A stretch of 64,000 nucleotides of DNA from Schizochytrium sp. TIO01. Its lineage: Eukaryota; Protista; Bigyra: Labyrinthulomycetes. The position numbers and the translations under genes were made by a program. The stretch lies in NCBI GenBank assembly GCA_004764695.1, contig SMSO01000031.1, positions 844,436 to 908,435 of the forward strand. The letters run 5' to 3'. The notes under the pieces are model-generated. The model ran no database searches and was not told the DNA's origin. It saw nothing but the letters and a program-made list of their open reading frames with translations. This document shows, piece by piece, positions 23,359-35,983 of the stretch; the first letter of the stretch is position 1, and each line of letters begins with the position of its first letter.

Positions 23359-24022
23359 AACGCCTCCGAAAATATATTTGCTAGCTAGCGGCCAAATCGA
23401 TCAACCAGTCCACATGCGGTTTAGCCACACAAACACCAATACATGCTATTACTACTTTCCGGTACCACTACTTTTTATCTTTCCACACATCTCTTAAATT
23501 TTAATCGCCTAGACTATACATGTTTTTAACTGATTGTCCAAGTAAGCTGGGCACTTTGACATTCTAAAAATGAAGAATAATCAAAGTAAATGAAAAAATC
23601 TTTAAAACCAAGTTTCTCGTAGAGACATGGCACATGGTCTACTGTAACTTAATACCACGTCTGCGAATTTAGTTTAGTACGTCTGCAAAGACACAGCATG
23701 TAAGAACAAAATATACTTAAATGAAGATGGCGCTAGAAATATAATTCACTCATTCAGTTTTAAAAGTATTCTTTTTTTCATCCAATCTGGGTTGGGCGGA
23801 AGCGCATTCGATGATAACATTCACGGACGAGAAAATAAACTGATGAGCAAAAATTGACCCTCAAAGAAAGAAACATAAGAAGAACAAGCAAGGAGCTGCG
23901 CAAAATCGTTCAATCTAGATGCTTGTAGAGAAGGAATACGCAGGTCATATTGGCATGTCTACCTCGAATAGACTTGCTGGAAACGCTTAGAAAAGCCTAC
24001 TTCACTATGTCAGACAGTTAAC

Positions 24023-25006
24023 TTATTTCTTTTGGGCATGCTCCTCAGCGGCCTCCTTTTCAAGCTTGCTGAGAATGTGGTCCATCTTGTGACGGAGAAT
24101 GGGTTGTCCTCGAGGCGTTTTGCGGGTAAGCTTGCGTTTCAGAGACTTGCGCTCTTGGCGTTTGCGCTCTGCTTCGGCAGCACGCTCCTCCCGCTCTTTC
24201 TGCTTGCGGATGCGCTCATTCTCGCGCTCTTCAGCCTCAAGACGAGCCTGTGCAAAGCGGTCAAGTTTCTTCTTTTCACCAGATCTCTTTGGTTTGTTAT
24301 TGTCGCTTGCATCATCTTGTACGTCGCTTTGTTTGTTCTGCTTCTTAAATGCACCAGAAGCTTCCTTGCCTTCATCGTCTTCACGGCGAGGACGTTTTTT
24401 TGTATGCTCAAATTTATCGTCGCGAGACTCTTTATTGTATACCCTCTTCTTGTCCACGGAGTACCCCTCCTTCTTCAATGCAGCCCGGTAGTTACGTTTG
24501 ATCTTGGCCTCGTCATGAGACTTCTTTTGTTGCACTGTGCAATTAACATTAAACCACACGCCACCGTCGTAGAACCATTAAGAAAAGATCTCCCGTAGGC
24601 CCACCGAGGTGAATACAAACGCCATTAGAGCACGGAATATTGGTTTGTAGACATTAACCCACCAGTTCGTCCGCATAAGTCGTCATCCAATCAAATTCGT
24701 CAGTTCTTTTGTCCTTGATCCCTATATTGGTCGCAAGCCATTTTTAAAACTACCTCTAAAGACTCTTAACACGAGAGCTTGATCCAATCGCTTCTTCAGA
24801 CTTCCACCACGTCCACAACCTATCGATAGTAGCGATAATAGCGCAGCACAAGCAGCAGCTTCAAGGCTGCTGGCCAAAGCGGCATCAACCACGATCATCA
24901 ATGATCAGCTCTACAGACAAAACTTACATTTTCTCGCATACGATGAGTCGTGCTGCTTCGCCTTCACGAAGTCATTCAGCGAGATCGCCGATCTACGTTG
25001 TGACAT
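24023..25006 (-). CDS. FYV7: rRNA-processing protein of the Fyv7/TAP26 (CCDC59) family, 2 exons, 196 aa
   Basis: Exon 1 25006-24928 (MSQRRSAISLNDFVKAKQHDSSYARK), GTAAGT...GCACAG intron of 393 nt, exon 2 24534-24023. C-terminal signature KLTRKTPRGQPILRHKMDHILSKL. Confidence 0.85.
24774..24912 (-). ncRNA. Candidate intronic box C/D snoRNA-like element
   Basis: TGATGA at 24900-24895 and CTGA at 24799-24796, flanked by complementary AGAGCTGATC / GATCAAGCTCT. Internal 7-bp stem CAGCAGC/GCTGCTG. No rRNA target identified. Confidence 0.3.
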
Positions 25007-25719
25007 CTTCGAGCCTCCGTTCTCGCTTATCTCCACGCGACTCGAGCCCAAGTGAATTCCTGCTATGCGTGCGAGAGAGTCCCTCCCTCTTATTTCGGCT
25101 CCTTCGCGAGACCACCCAAGAGGGGTACTCACGCGCACCCTTTAGGGGTCCCCGACCGGGTTGCGCAGTCTTTCAACGGATACCCTTTTCCCTATCCCAA
25201 TTAAATTTAGTAATCACTTCTTCTTGGTTGAATTATTAGTTAGCTGCACTCTGGGCTTTAAGGGCTGGAAGTGGCATCCTTGGCAAAAGGAGAGACTGTT
25301 ATCGATATTAATACGGTCCATGCGAACGTTACTATTACTGTAGAGTTCGGAGTCTATTGCAATACACAGTGAATTGCTCTTCTTCTTTCATTATTTGTGA
25401 GGTGCTTTTGCTGGTGTTATAAAGCAATTCAAGGACTCTTCCTGCACAGAGTTGTGCATTCCCAAAAGCTCACAGAGGGTAGCTGACTTGAGGGTTGCCT
25501 TGAAACTATTGAGAAGGAGTGTTTTATCGCAGACTGCTGCTGGTGTGGCTTCTGGTGCAGAGTGCGTGGAGTTCAAATAACTAAAACTTCGCTTCGAAGA
25601 ACTCAGAGCAAGTATAAGCGAACTAAAAACAAGTGTAGGGTATAAACCTTGCTGATATTTGGGGTTTATATGTGTCTGACAGGTCGTGAAGCGTAAAATA
25701 GGTCAGCAAAACAGCAATC

Positions 25720-27504
25720 ATGGGGCGGGCCTCGACAGCTCAGACCAAAGCAGATATGCGGCGGCAAGCCGCTCGTGAAGCCAGGGAGGCATCACGGCGA
25801 GCTGAAGCTGCCGAGGTAGGTGTACAAAGGCGTATGGAGAAGATGCGCCAGGCACAGCTTGCAGAAACTCTTCAGGGAGAAGATGATGACTTGCAATGCT
25901 TGTCTGTTGTCACCTCCGAATCACCGCGCGGGAGGTCTAGCAGAGATATTCTACGGAGCAAGTTTTCGCCAAATGGAATGTCTATTGCCTCAACCCTCGC
26001 CAGTCCCTCGAAAGCATTACGTGATCTTAAAAATAAACCTAGGCAGTGCAAACTATCGATCATGGAGGAATTCAGGCTCGAGCTAGAGGAAATTGAAGTT
26101 CTAAAGGAGGTATTGCGTGAGAGATTTTTCAATGAATGCCGAGAGCGACTCGAGGAGGGTAACAAGGCAGCTGAAAATATTCAACGCCATGTCCGTGGAA
26201 AACAAGCTCGATTAAAAGTACAAAAGCTTATTGAGGAGAACGCGCCTCCTGTTTACGGACCTGAACATCATTTTGCTGTGACGAAGCTACAGGCACAAGT
26301 TAGACGACGTGCTGTCAGGCCATTGGTAGAAGCAAAGCGTCGTGAGCGGGACGCCCAACGTCAGCTTAGGAGGGAACGCAGCCAAGCCCGGCGAGCAGAA
26401 CGCAAAAGACTTGAGAAACAGCGTCAAGAAGAAGAAGATCAAACGCTGGAAGTCAAACGACAGTCGCGATTAGAATTTAAAGAGCGCCAACGCAAAGACA
26501 TGGAGGCTGATGTAGCTTGGCAACGCAAAATCAACGAAGAAATGCGGGAGGAGGAGCGAAAACGGGCTGAGGAAGAAGCGAGAACTTTGCAGGGTGTGAG
26601 AAAACATTACGCTAAGGAGATGGAGAAAGAGGTGAAAGCTCAGGAGTTGCTTCTTCATGAACAAATTGCTCGTGAGTCAACTCAGACTCAGCTATCTAGT
26701 ACCCAGTCTACCAAAAGAAACATAAATCAAGTCAGGTCGCCCAATCCTGTGCAACTCTCTCCCACGCCATCAATTGACGAAGACATTCTTGTTTCTCCGG
26801 CTGCTATGCCTGTCGAAGAAAGCCGTATTGATGTTACCCCTCCACCCAAATTAAATTCACCTGTCAATCCAGCTGATGCAATATTAAAAAGGCAGAATAC
26901 CGGTGTCGACGAAGCAGAAGAAGTTGATGATAGTGGGGATTTTGAGACACCATCAAAATCAGACTCCCCCACAAATGATGCAAGCGATATCGAATCTATT
27001 CCAGAGATAAATATGTCCAACACTACGAAGACGAAAAGCCAGGAACAAAAATCTACTGAAGCAACAGCAGCCGCAAGTGATGATAGTGATGATGATGACG
27101 ACGGCTTAGAGGGTCTCATACAACTTGCAAAACAGACTCAGCAATTGGCGTCAGCTCGTGAGAAGGAAGGTAAAGAAGAAAAGAGCTATCTTGATGATGA
27201 TGATTGCGATGGTGTTGTTGATGATGATGACAGCAGCTCTAATGATCTTGATCAAAAAACTTATGAAGGTAAATCACAAGACTTCTCTCACTACAGCGGC
27301 TTGAAGAGACCTTCATACAACGAATTCTCTTTCGAGGCCCCTCGTGACGAAGATGAGCCAAGTCAACCTACTAGTCCAGAAATGGCCTCAGCTCAGGGCA
27401 AGCAAAAGTCGCAACTACTATCTTCCCCTCCATCATCGTCTAGACCTGGTGCTGTTGCGGAATATGAAGATGACTTTGAAGATCTTGACGAAATTGCTTT
27501 ATAG
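25720..27504 (+). CDS. IQ-motif coiled-coil protein with an acidic disordered tail
   Basis: 594-aa ORF. IQ motifs IQRHVRGKQARLKV and LQAQVRRRAVR, long E/R/K-rich helix, D/E/S-rich C-terminus. Confidence 0.8.
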   Translation: MGRASTAQTKADMRRQAAREAREASRRAEAAEVGVQRRMEKMRQAQLAETLQGEDDDLQCLSVVTSESPRGRSSRDILRSKFSPNGMSIASTLASPSKALRDLKNKPRQCKLSIMEEFRLELEEIEVLKEVLRERFFNECRERLEEGNKAAENIQRHVRGKQARLKVQKLIEENAPPVYGPEHHFAVTKLQAQVRRRAVRPLVEAKRRERDAQRQLRRERSQARRAERKRLEKQRQEEEDQTLEVKRQSRLEFKERQRKDMEADVAWQRKINEEMREEERKRAEEEARTLQGVRKHYAKEMEKEVKAQELLLHEQIARESTQTQLSSTQSTKRNINQVRSPNPVQLSPTPSIDEDILVSPAAMPVEESRIDVTPPPKLNSPVNPADAILKRQNTGVDEAEEVDDSGDFETPSKSDSPTNDASDIESIPEINMSNTTKTKSQEQKSTEATAAASDDSDDDDDGLEGLIQLAKQTQQLASAREKEGKEEKSYLDDDDCDGVVDDDDSSSNDLDQKTYEGKSQDFSHYSGLKRPSYNEFSFEAPRDEDEPSQPTSPEMASAQGKQKSQLLSSPPSSSRPGAVAEYEDDFEDLDEIAL

Positions 27505-28720
27505 TAAATAAAGGATTATGAAAATATGGCCCTGCATTCTTCATATAAGAGAATTTCACTGCCCCTGATTCAGAGTACGCCACAATCTTTTAGTTAGACT
27601 TACTGCTCCTGACAAAATATACTGCTCTTTCTTTTCGATGGTAGTCAGTTTAGAAGAAACCTATACCCAAGAACTACTTTTAATTAAAGATCATTTTAGG
27701 TAGTCGATTGTATGTGTTGTACGCTAGACCAAAGCGACAGCAAGGACCCGAACCCACTTTGTTGAAGGATGATGAAGGTACCACAGCTGAAGGGTTCCAT
27801 GGTGTCGTATTTAGTATTTTTACTATCATAATAGAAATAAGAAGATTTTTTTTTTTAAATATACAGTCAATCGTGACCAAACTGCCCATCAACCAATTTT
27901 CCGAAAGTAGTAATAAGATAGTCAAATCTCATCCTCTTCATTTCCAAGTCACGAGAGTAATCTGTTTCGCAGCTGTGGCAGCATGGCGAGACTTCGTCTG
28001 ACTAGACATATATATCAGAATGGGAGAAAGAGGTGATAGCCTGCGTCTCAGAAACCATCACAAGTTCTTTAAATTTCTTACGGGCGGAAATTGTCCAACA
28101 AGTATGGCCATGGATGTTGCTTTCTGGTTCTGCATAAAAGTCGCTGGGGAAAGCGCTACGAGCAGAGGAGAGAAGTGGGGCCCGAGACACGTTAGGGACT
28201 GACCTTGTTCGCTGAGGAAGTTGTGGATTTTGCGCTTCATTTAATAAGTGGCATTTGCCTGTACTTACACTGTCCGACAGTGGGGGAGTCAAAGCAAAAA
28301 AAGAACAACGGGACAAATAATCAAGCCAGAAGGAAATCGTAAAGAAATAACATAGAGTTCACAGAAGTGCCTAGGGATAGTGCCAGCTGATGAGAAATAG
28401 TAGAGGAAGGCTCGGGACCATTGCGAAAACTTGGAAAGAATTGATATGGATTAAGATTCGTACATGAAGCCTCAGGTAGGATGATGCTGAAGAAGGAATG
28501 GTACATGCGCACACGTATTAGGTAAGTTCAAGGGGAGGGGGATACTAGAACTACGCTCTTCAAACTAGTGCCCGATATCTGAGGTAAAGACTTTCCTAGC
28601 AACCAATTCACCATCACGTTTGTTCGTCTTTCAATTTCGCGAGACGCGGCTGAGTTACGCTGCATGTGTTGATTGTAAATTTGGTACAGATCTGTCGTGC
28701 TGTTTGGAGAGGCTGCTGCC

Positions 28721-31483
28721 ATGTCAGGCACATTTGATAGGAAAAAGATTCTTGGGCGAGTCAGGAGCTTTCGAACGTTGAGTTTTCGACGAGGCAGCTC
28801 GTCGCGAAGTTTCAGGGGGCTTAGCTTCCGAGGCTCTTCAAACTCACCTCTAAACTCACCCAAAAGCCGCTCGCTTGTCTCAAAGGATGGGGCATCCGTG
28901 GAGGAGCTCGACCAAGGCGAAGAGAACGACCCAGATGACATTCCGCCGGCGCTTCTAAATGTTGGCTCGGCAGCCATAATTGACAACACCGCAGCTGAGG
29001 ACCAAGACTCGAAAAGAATGTCATCCGGCCTCTCAGATTTGCCGGACTTGATAACTCCACCTGCCTTACCTTCTTTGCCCACTCCACCACCAACTCCATC
29101 AACTCCACCAGCTCCACCAACCCTGCCAGCTCCACCAACTCAGCTAAACCTATCCGCTCCACCGACTCCACCGATTCCACCTGCGCTACCAGCCCCACCA
29201 GCTAAAACTAGCAACTTACCTGAGCAGCCTGTAGCCGACGAACCTTCAGACGACAGATCCCGTATCGTTAGTGAGATTTTGTCCACAGAATGCTCCTTTC
29301 GTGACTTCATGACCGCTCTCAAACATACATATGTTCAAAGACTTTACTATGAGTTGAGCCCCGTAGATCATAAGCTGTGTTTTTCGCAAATTGATCAGCT
29401 TGTAAAGTTTTCAGAGCTTCTCATTGCAGACGTGACCAAAGAAGTCAAGCGGTCAAGTCACTCTGAGGCTCGAGTAGGCGCGGTGTATATTCGCTTGTCA
29501 CCATTTTTTCGAATGTACACTGCATATGCGCGAGCACACTTTCGAATTTCACAACTAATCGAGGAACAGTATCGAAAAAAACCAACATTTCGTAAGGTTT
29601 GTGATGAGTGCAAGGTAGGTATTCATTCTCCATTTGACAAACGTCATCTTCGTTTTACTGACTAACTTTTTCTTTTTGCTCTGCTACTGACACAATGTGG
29701 GGTACTTTCGTTCTTTTAAAATTTGTAGAAAGAGGGAATCTGCAAAGATCAGACCCTGCAAAGCATCTTAATCATGCCCATCCAGCGCATTCCGCGTCAT
29801 GTACTCTTACTTAAGGAACTCTGCAAAGTCACACCCAAAGACCATGGAGATTATGCTTCCCTGGAGGAGTCTCTGCAAGCTTTGTCTGAAGTTGCAGGCG
29901 CAATGAATCGTGAAATTGGAGACGCAGAAAAAATGTTACAGATTCTTGAGCTGCAGCGCAAAATGAAACCTCAGCCACAACTGTTTAAAACAGGAAGAAC
30001 CTTGATCCGCAGTGGCCAGCTCAAAAAGATGTCTCATGATAGATCCTTTGTCCAAGATTTAAGTTTTTTCCTCTTCAACGATTGCCTTGTGTACGCTAAA
30101 CCGATGCCTCGTACTATAGGCGGTATCAAGTACCAATTTCGTCGTATGATCCAAGTTGCAAGAGTAGAGGAATTAGGGACAGGAGCAGATGCTGTTCCCG
30201 ACGGAGACACATACAGTGAGTCTGATGGAAGCGAAAAACGTTCTTATCAATTTTCTGAGGCTTCCGGTAGCTTTTCTGTAGCAAGTACAGCCCCGGCATC
30301 CTTAAGCCCGATCGATGCTGCAGAAGGTCCCAGAAGTTTTCAAGATGGAAATAGTGCGTTGATGCAAGCCTCCATGGCTGCTTATAAGCATCGAGATGAC
30401 TATTTCCCTTTTCGTATCCTTGGCACTAAGTCCTTCGTGGTTTATGCAGTGACAGAGGCTGACCGTGCTGCTTGGGTAGCTGACCTTTCACAATACGCAG
30501 ACCCTAATGTAACGACAGATTTGGAAACCATGAAGAAAGAACAAGATGAACGTTTACGTCGGTACAAGGAAGAGGCGGAAGAAAAGCTCAAAGAGATATC
30601 TGTGTCGGACCCTGTGAGAAGCTATACTGCAACACGTTGGCTAAAACTGTCACCTTTGACAGAGTTGGATCCTCAACAAGAAGAGCCGGAGTTACAGCTT
30701 AAGTTTGTTGTGTCAAAGACAGGCTCTGATTTATGTAGCGAGGATGCTATCAAACCTTTCTCTGTACTTGCACTTACATTGACAATTCTTGATGCCCGAA
30801 ATGTTGGTCACATTGTTCGAGATGCCATGAGCCATAAGTCAAGCATCACTGGAGTGTACTGCCAAATCTACTTTGGTAAAACTATCCAACGTACAAAAGT
30901 TTCTGAGGCCCAGGAAGAACCGGTTTGGGTGGAGGATTTTCAGAATATGACTTTTCTAGCAGGCTTTCATAGTAACTTTCAAATCAAGCTCAAGCTTGCC
31001 AACAAGTCCAAGCTTCGAAAACATCCAGGCATTGCAATTGTCGAGCTCAACGTCCAAGATATTCTCAAGTACACGGGTGTTCAGATTGGTGTGAATCAGG
31101 ACCAAGAAGGTATCACCTGTACCCCGGTCCAACATGTTTCTGCTTCATCTTCTTCATCTTTGTCTTCATCTGCAAACCAAGGAAGTTCTAGAAAGTTGCC
31201 TAGGGGCGGAATTCAAGTTATGTCAAGCGATTTTCCTGAGGACTATAAGCAAGCGCGTACTAGAATGTCTATGCGGCCTTTACCATCTCCTCCCACTCCT
31301 TCCCTAGGTGAGCATTCTTCCCATCATCGACTCAATTCACGGATATCTATGGCATTCCCGAACAGGCCGCTTGAGGCGCACGCTGAGGAAGATAAACCTA
31401 AAGCTTCTTCTACGAAAACCCAGGACGTGCTTGTAATGCCTGTGCAAACTAGTTCTCCCTCATCGCTGCCTCCGATGGCTTGA
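28721..31483 (+). CDS. Rho GEF with a Pro-rich N-terminus and DH, PH and C2-like domains, 2 exons, 882 aa
   Basis: Exons 28721-29614 and 29729-31483 (GTAGGT...TAG intron, 114 nt). DH motifs RIVSEILSTECSF and LQSILIMPIQRIPRHVLLLKEL. PH: FFLFNDCLVYAK...DRAAWVADL. C2-like: LTLTILDARNV...VYCQIYFG..QRTKV...EPVWVEDF. Confidence 0.9.
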
Positions 31484-32547
31484 GTAGCTTCGCGAAATGG
31501 CTCATATTCTCTAATTAAAATAATCATCTTCATATGTTTTGACTTTGCTTGAATTCTCAGGTAGCAGATTTGTGCGAGAAACGATTTTACTATCATTAGC
31601 ATATAGATCTGGCACATTAACACCCAAAATTGCTTACAACAGCTTCGTCACAAGCGCCGTTCATAGGAGGCTACGAAGAATGTACTGTTGTATTAATATT
31701 CGATTGTATAAAACAAGATTTCTCTGCCAATACCACCCCTGTCCAAGCGACGCTATCTTGCCCCTTTTCTTTTAATTTTAGAAGTAAGGGTATCAAAAAC
31801 TGCGATAAACTCAAACCACATTCTTCGCAAATGGTTCTGCACTGTAAATTACTAAGAGTACGAAACCACTCTCAATCCACAACAGTAAGGCTAAAAGCTC
31901 CCGCTTTGATATGGCATTGAGATAAAGTAGAAGAGAAATCCTCACACACCACTCTCAATATCCTCAAATCCGTGGTGGAAGATTTCATGTCACCGCTTTT
32001 ATGCACTGGCATGTATCAGTTTGATGACTTAGCACTTACTGTCTATATTATCTTCATCTTGTCTCCCATCGTTTTCTTTTCTTCCCGTTAAATATAAAAA
32101 TAAAAATAAATGTTCTACTTTAACTGATAACTATGACTATTAGGCGGGGTAGAACAAATAAAATTATTACTTTTAAAAAGAAACTCACATTTTCCAACCG
32201 TTGAGATCAGGATTACTCCAAGTGATTGCATACATAGCAACAAAGGGCTTCAACCCGAATAGGCTGAAATAGCCGGACAGGCTTCAAGCAGCGTACGAGC
32301 ATATCGCGTATGGGCGACTTTATTCAGAGGCTTGCTTAGGTACGGGCGAATCTCCGCCTTGGTCTGGCGTACAGTGCTTGGTAAACAACACATTCTTTTT
32401 ATAGCGAATACGACAAAAGGCTGACTTCAGCGTGGAAAGAACTACAAAGAGGACGCGGAGAAACCAGTTGTTCATCAGGGTTAAACGCAGGAGATTTGAT
32501 CAAAGGCGACATTGCCATTAGAATACGTGTCAACCAGAAGAGGAATC

Positions 32548-35355
32548 ATGGCTGTATTCTCTGTGCGTGAGAATTGGCGAGGTGAGCTCGCCTCTTCCGA
32601 GGCTGAGGAATTTGACAGTCGTGCTCTTTGCGTCGGAAGCTTTGTAAGTGAGCAGAACTCTACGAGTAGCCCGGGATCTGTAAAGATACAGTCAACGTAT
32701 GTAGCTACTGGGAGTTTAAGCGGAGTTTTGAGAATCTATGAACCACAGCTTGAAGCATACTCAATTGAGGACCTGCTCCTGGAGACGATTTTAGATGCCC
32801 CTATTTTGCAAATTGAGTGCGGTCGATTTGTCTCACTTGGAAGTGAGGAACTGACATTAGCAATTCTCCATCCACGTGAGCTTGTCGTTTTTCGTCTCGT
32901 GAGGAAGTCGAAGGAACTCCTTCTTTTGGAAAAACAGTATGCCCATCAGCTTGGAGATGGGGGTGAACATTTCTCTGCAGCGAACTTTGTTTTTGGACCA
33001 TTTGGTGGAATTCGTGGAAAAGATTTTATTGCTGTGCAGTCACTCGACGGCCAGATTCATGTACTTGAACAAGAACGTTTTGCTTTCGTACGCCAGCTGA
33101 ATGATGTTTTGTTGCCCGGTCCTATGCAATATGTACGTAAGCTTGATGCCTTTCTGGTATGCAACTCGCAGTTTCAAGTTGACTGCTATAAGTATCAGAT
33201 CTTAGCAACATCGTCATCACGTGTAAGTTCCTCCAAGGCAGCAAACCTTCAGACAGATTGGACATTTACTGCAGGCGAGCAAGTGCTTGATATTCAATAT
33301 GGACGTGTGTCTGCAGGCCTGGGAGAAGCTCAAATTGATATTGTCGTGCTGTGCGATCGCTCGATTTACTGTTTGTCTGAACGTGGCGTTGTGCGTATGC
33401 ACATCAAATTAGAAATCGGCTGCAACCCAATGTGCTTCTCACTCATTCCTTTACTTCCTTCTCGTGAATCAACCACCACAATGAATCATAACATTTTGCT
33501 CTGTTCAGAAGCTGGGCAAATCACCATTTTGCGCGAGCTTGGCATTGTATGGAGTGCAGGCATGACCTCACACATCCCTGTAGCGATGAGCGTGGCGCCT
33601 GTAGGAGGTGTCCAAGGAATGATTGTCTCCATGTCTGATGATGGACATGTTGTTACGTCTCACCTCGGAACAGAAACGAGCAAGTCAGTACTTGCTCCTC
33701 GCCGAACAAAACGCAGAGCGCAGACAACAACCAAAAACACTACTGATGAGGAACAAAAGCTTAGAGGGGAGGCCAAGTCCAACAATTTTGAGTCGACTGT
33801 TGAAGAGCTTCAAAATACCGACGAAATGGAATATGAGGAGATGGACCAGGAGCACCAGCGCCTTCTTCAGCGTATTCGAAACCTTCATAAGGAATTGGAG
33901 GATAAAGAAAATGGCGTTGTAAATGGCCAGGCAGCCCCAAAAACAGATATTGTAATCCTTGTGGATGTTCCACCATCACTCGATGAATTGAATCATTCAG
34001 ATGCAGCTCTCGCTATATCCGAGGACCGTGGCAGGGACTATGGTTATCGTAATGATGGACAGATTATGCAGGTTACTTTGAAGCTCCATGTGACAAACCG
34101 TCTAAGCAAAGACATTTCGAACATACAAATCTCTTTGGATATGGACAGTGCATTTGTTCCTGCTGATAGTTCAATTCATCTTACCAAACTACAAGGCTCC
34201 CAAAGTCCAGTTGGAAGGTCGCCGTCTATTTTATATATCCCAGTTCGTGTTAAAGCTAAAGTTTTACCAGCGACCCTCCATGCAAAGGCCGTCTGCTCAT
34301 ATAAACTTCACGATGGACGATTCCGCTCAGTGACAACATCCTTCCGTTTGCCCCTCTTTATGGCTGTCAAGGCACGTCCTGCAATTAAGAATAGCTTGAG
34401 CAAGATCACCCTTGATACAAATGTTGAGGCTGCTCGTATTCCAATTATCTTTGATGAGCTTTTGCGCCAGCCTGGAATGGATCCCGATATGGTGGCATCT
34501 GTGAGTGGCGCCTCTGCAAACGTATTTAGTATGGATTTTCTCGATGGTGAAAATGCCACTATTCTCGCGTCAAAGTCAGGTGACAGGTATCGTATCCAGG
34601 GGAGCTCTTTGGGCCACTTGAGCATTGTGACAGAAGAACTACAGTTGCGTCTTCATAATAAGTTTGGGGAAGCCTTGGAAATTTCAGTATCCGAGAATCT
34701 CCCATTAAACGGCTTGTTTGCTGCTGTAGATGACCACCACTCTGCTCGTGTAAAGCTTGCTAATTTGACGGCTGACCTGAATGACCGTGCTCATCAATAC
34801 AGACTAGTACAAAAACGTCTTCTTTCGCGATTCAAAGACAAGAATGCTCCGCCTTTGCGAGGCTTGGATACGCTACTGCGAGTGACGCACGAGCAGATTA
34901 TGCAACTAGTCGCCGAGATTGAAACAGGGAAATCACGACGGCATCGTGCTGCACAGAGTCTTTCTGCAACTCTCCGTCTCATTATTGACCTTGCAGCAAC
35001 AAAGTATGACCTAAGTCTAGAGGATGTCGAAATCCTTCAGTCTCACGTGCCGGTCGATGTCCAATCCTGTGATGATGAGACTATGGGCTGGGAAGAGGTG
35101 ACAGACCTTTCTATAACTCATCTTCTCAGAACAACTCTAGCAAAGGTCCCCAAAGAGGTTGTTCCTGCTAGCGCACAGCCTTCCGGTTCCAATTTAGGGA
35201 ACAATGGGTTAGCAGTGGATGCGTCTAAGGTTCGTAAGCGGCTTGGCATGCTTTTCGACCGAATATCAAAGGGTGCGCGCCCAGCATTTACTTTAGGTTC
35301 GCCTACTGGCGCACAAGACTCGCCAGAATTCAAAGATAATGCAGAGGATGTCTAA
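32548..35355 (+). CDS. BBS9: BBSome subunit PTHB1/BBS9
   Basis: MAVFSVRENW, EEFD..ALCVG, GSLSGVLRIY, DLLLE..LDAPILQIECGRF, LAILHPRELVVF, GPFGG..GKDFIAVQSLDG, LLPGPMQY, QYRLVQKRLLSRFKDKNAPPL, GWEE. Confidence 0.95.
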   Translation: MAVFSVRENWRGELASSEAEEFDSRALCVGSFVSEQNSTSSPGSVKIQSTYVATGSLSGVLRIYEPQLEAYSIEDLLLETILDAPILQIECGRFVSLGSEELTLAILHPRELVVFRLVRKSKELLLLEKQYAHQLGDGGEHFSAANFVFGPFGGIRGKDFIAVQSLDGQIHVLEQERFAFVRQLNDVLLPGPMQYVRKLDAFLVCNSQFQVDCYKYQILATSSSRVSSSKAANLQTDWTFTAGEQVLDIQYGRVSAGLGEAQIDIVVLCDRSIYCLSERGVVRMHIKLEIGCNPMCFSLIPLLPSRESTTTMNHNILLCSEAGQITILRELGIVWSAGMTSHIPVAMSVAPVGGVQGMIVSMSDDGHVVTSHLGTETSKSVLAPRRTKRRAQTTTKNTTDEEQKLRGEAKSNNFESTVEELQNTDEMEYEEMDQEHQRLLQRIRNLHKELEDKENGVVNGQAAPKTDIVILVDVPPSLDELNHSDAALAISEDRGRDYGYRNDGQIMQVTLKLHVTNRLSKDISNIQISLDMDSAFVPADSSIHLTKLQGSQSPVGRSPSILYIPVRVKAKVLPATLHAKAVCSYKLHDGRFRSVTTSFRLPLFMAVKARPAIKNSLSKITLDTNVEAARIPIIFDELLRQPGMDPDMVASVSGASANVFSMDFLDGENATILASKSGDRYRIQGSSLGHLSIVTEELQLRLHNKFGEALEISVSENLPLNGLFAAVDDHHSARVKLANLTADLNDRAHQYRLVQKRLLSRFKDKNAPPLRGLDTLLRVTHEQIMQLVAEIETGKSRRHRAAQSLSATLRLIIDLAATKYDLSLEDVEILQSHVPVDVQSCDDETMGWEEVTDLSITHLLRTTLAKVPKEVVPASAQPSGSNLGNNGLAVDASKVRKRLGMLFDRISKGARPAFTLGSPTGAQDSPEFKDNAEDV

Positions 35356-35983
35356 ACTATCGAATTTAGAGCTCAAAGTATGAAAATTTAACACAATAAT
35401 TCTCACGTAATATAAATTGCTCCTGTTTTGTTCTGGAGTCTTTGAGTGGCGCACTCTAATTAGCAAGATCCCCTTTTCTTTTAAAAATCCCTGTGTAAGG
35501 TAGTCAGTCATTCCTTTTCCAAATAAACCTTCTAAGTTTTGGTAGTTCATACTCTTGAGCGCATCATACCGAGTAGATTTTGACTCGTGGTCTAACAGAG
35601 GAAGAATGACGAAGGAGTGAGAATGAAAAGTAATCAAGAAGTAAGTTTAGATTTTTCTCTTTTTTCTTCATTTTTCATGGCACGTCCAACTTTATGCTGA
35701 TACTGCGATCATAGAAACAAAGCTGAGAACTAGAAGTTATCACTGTGACTGTTTGCCCCCCGTTTATATTTCGCAAGCTTCTGTCCTAAGATACTATTTA
35801 TTCATGTCTTCTAATCCAGATTGCTGATCTTTACTACGAGATTAATCACAAGTACAAGTTTTTTCATTTAAAAAATATATATATAATATTTTTTTTTACT
35901 TTCAAGAAAATGATAATGAAATTGCAATCTCTACTTGAAGTATTCAATCAAACCCGCAAATTTCTGCTACGCACAACGGCATC

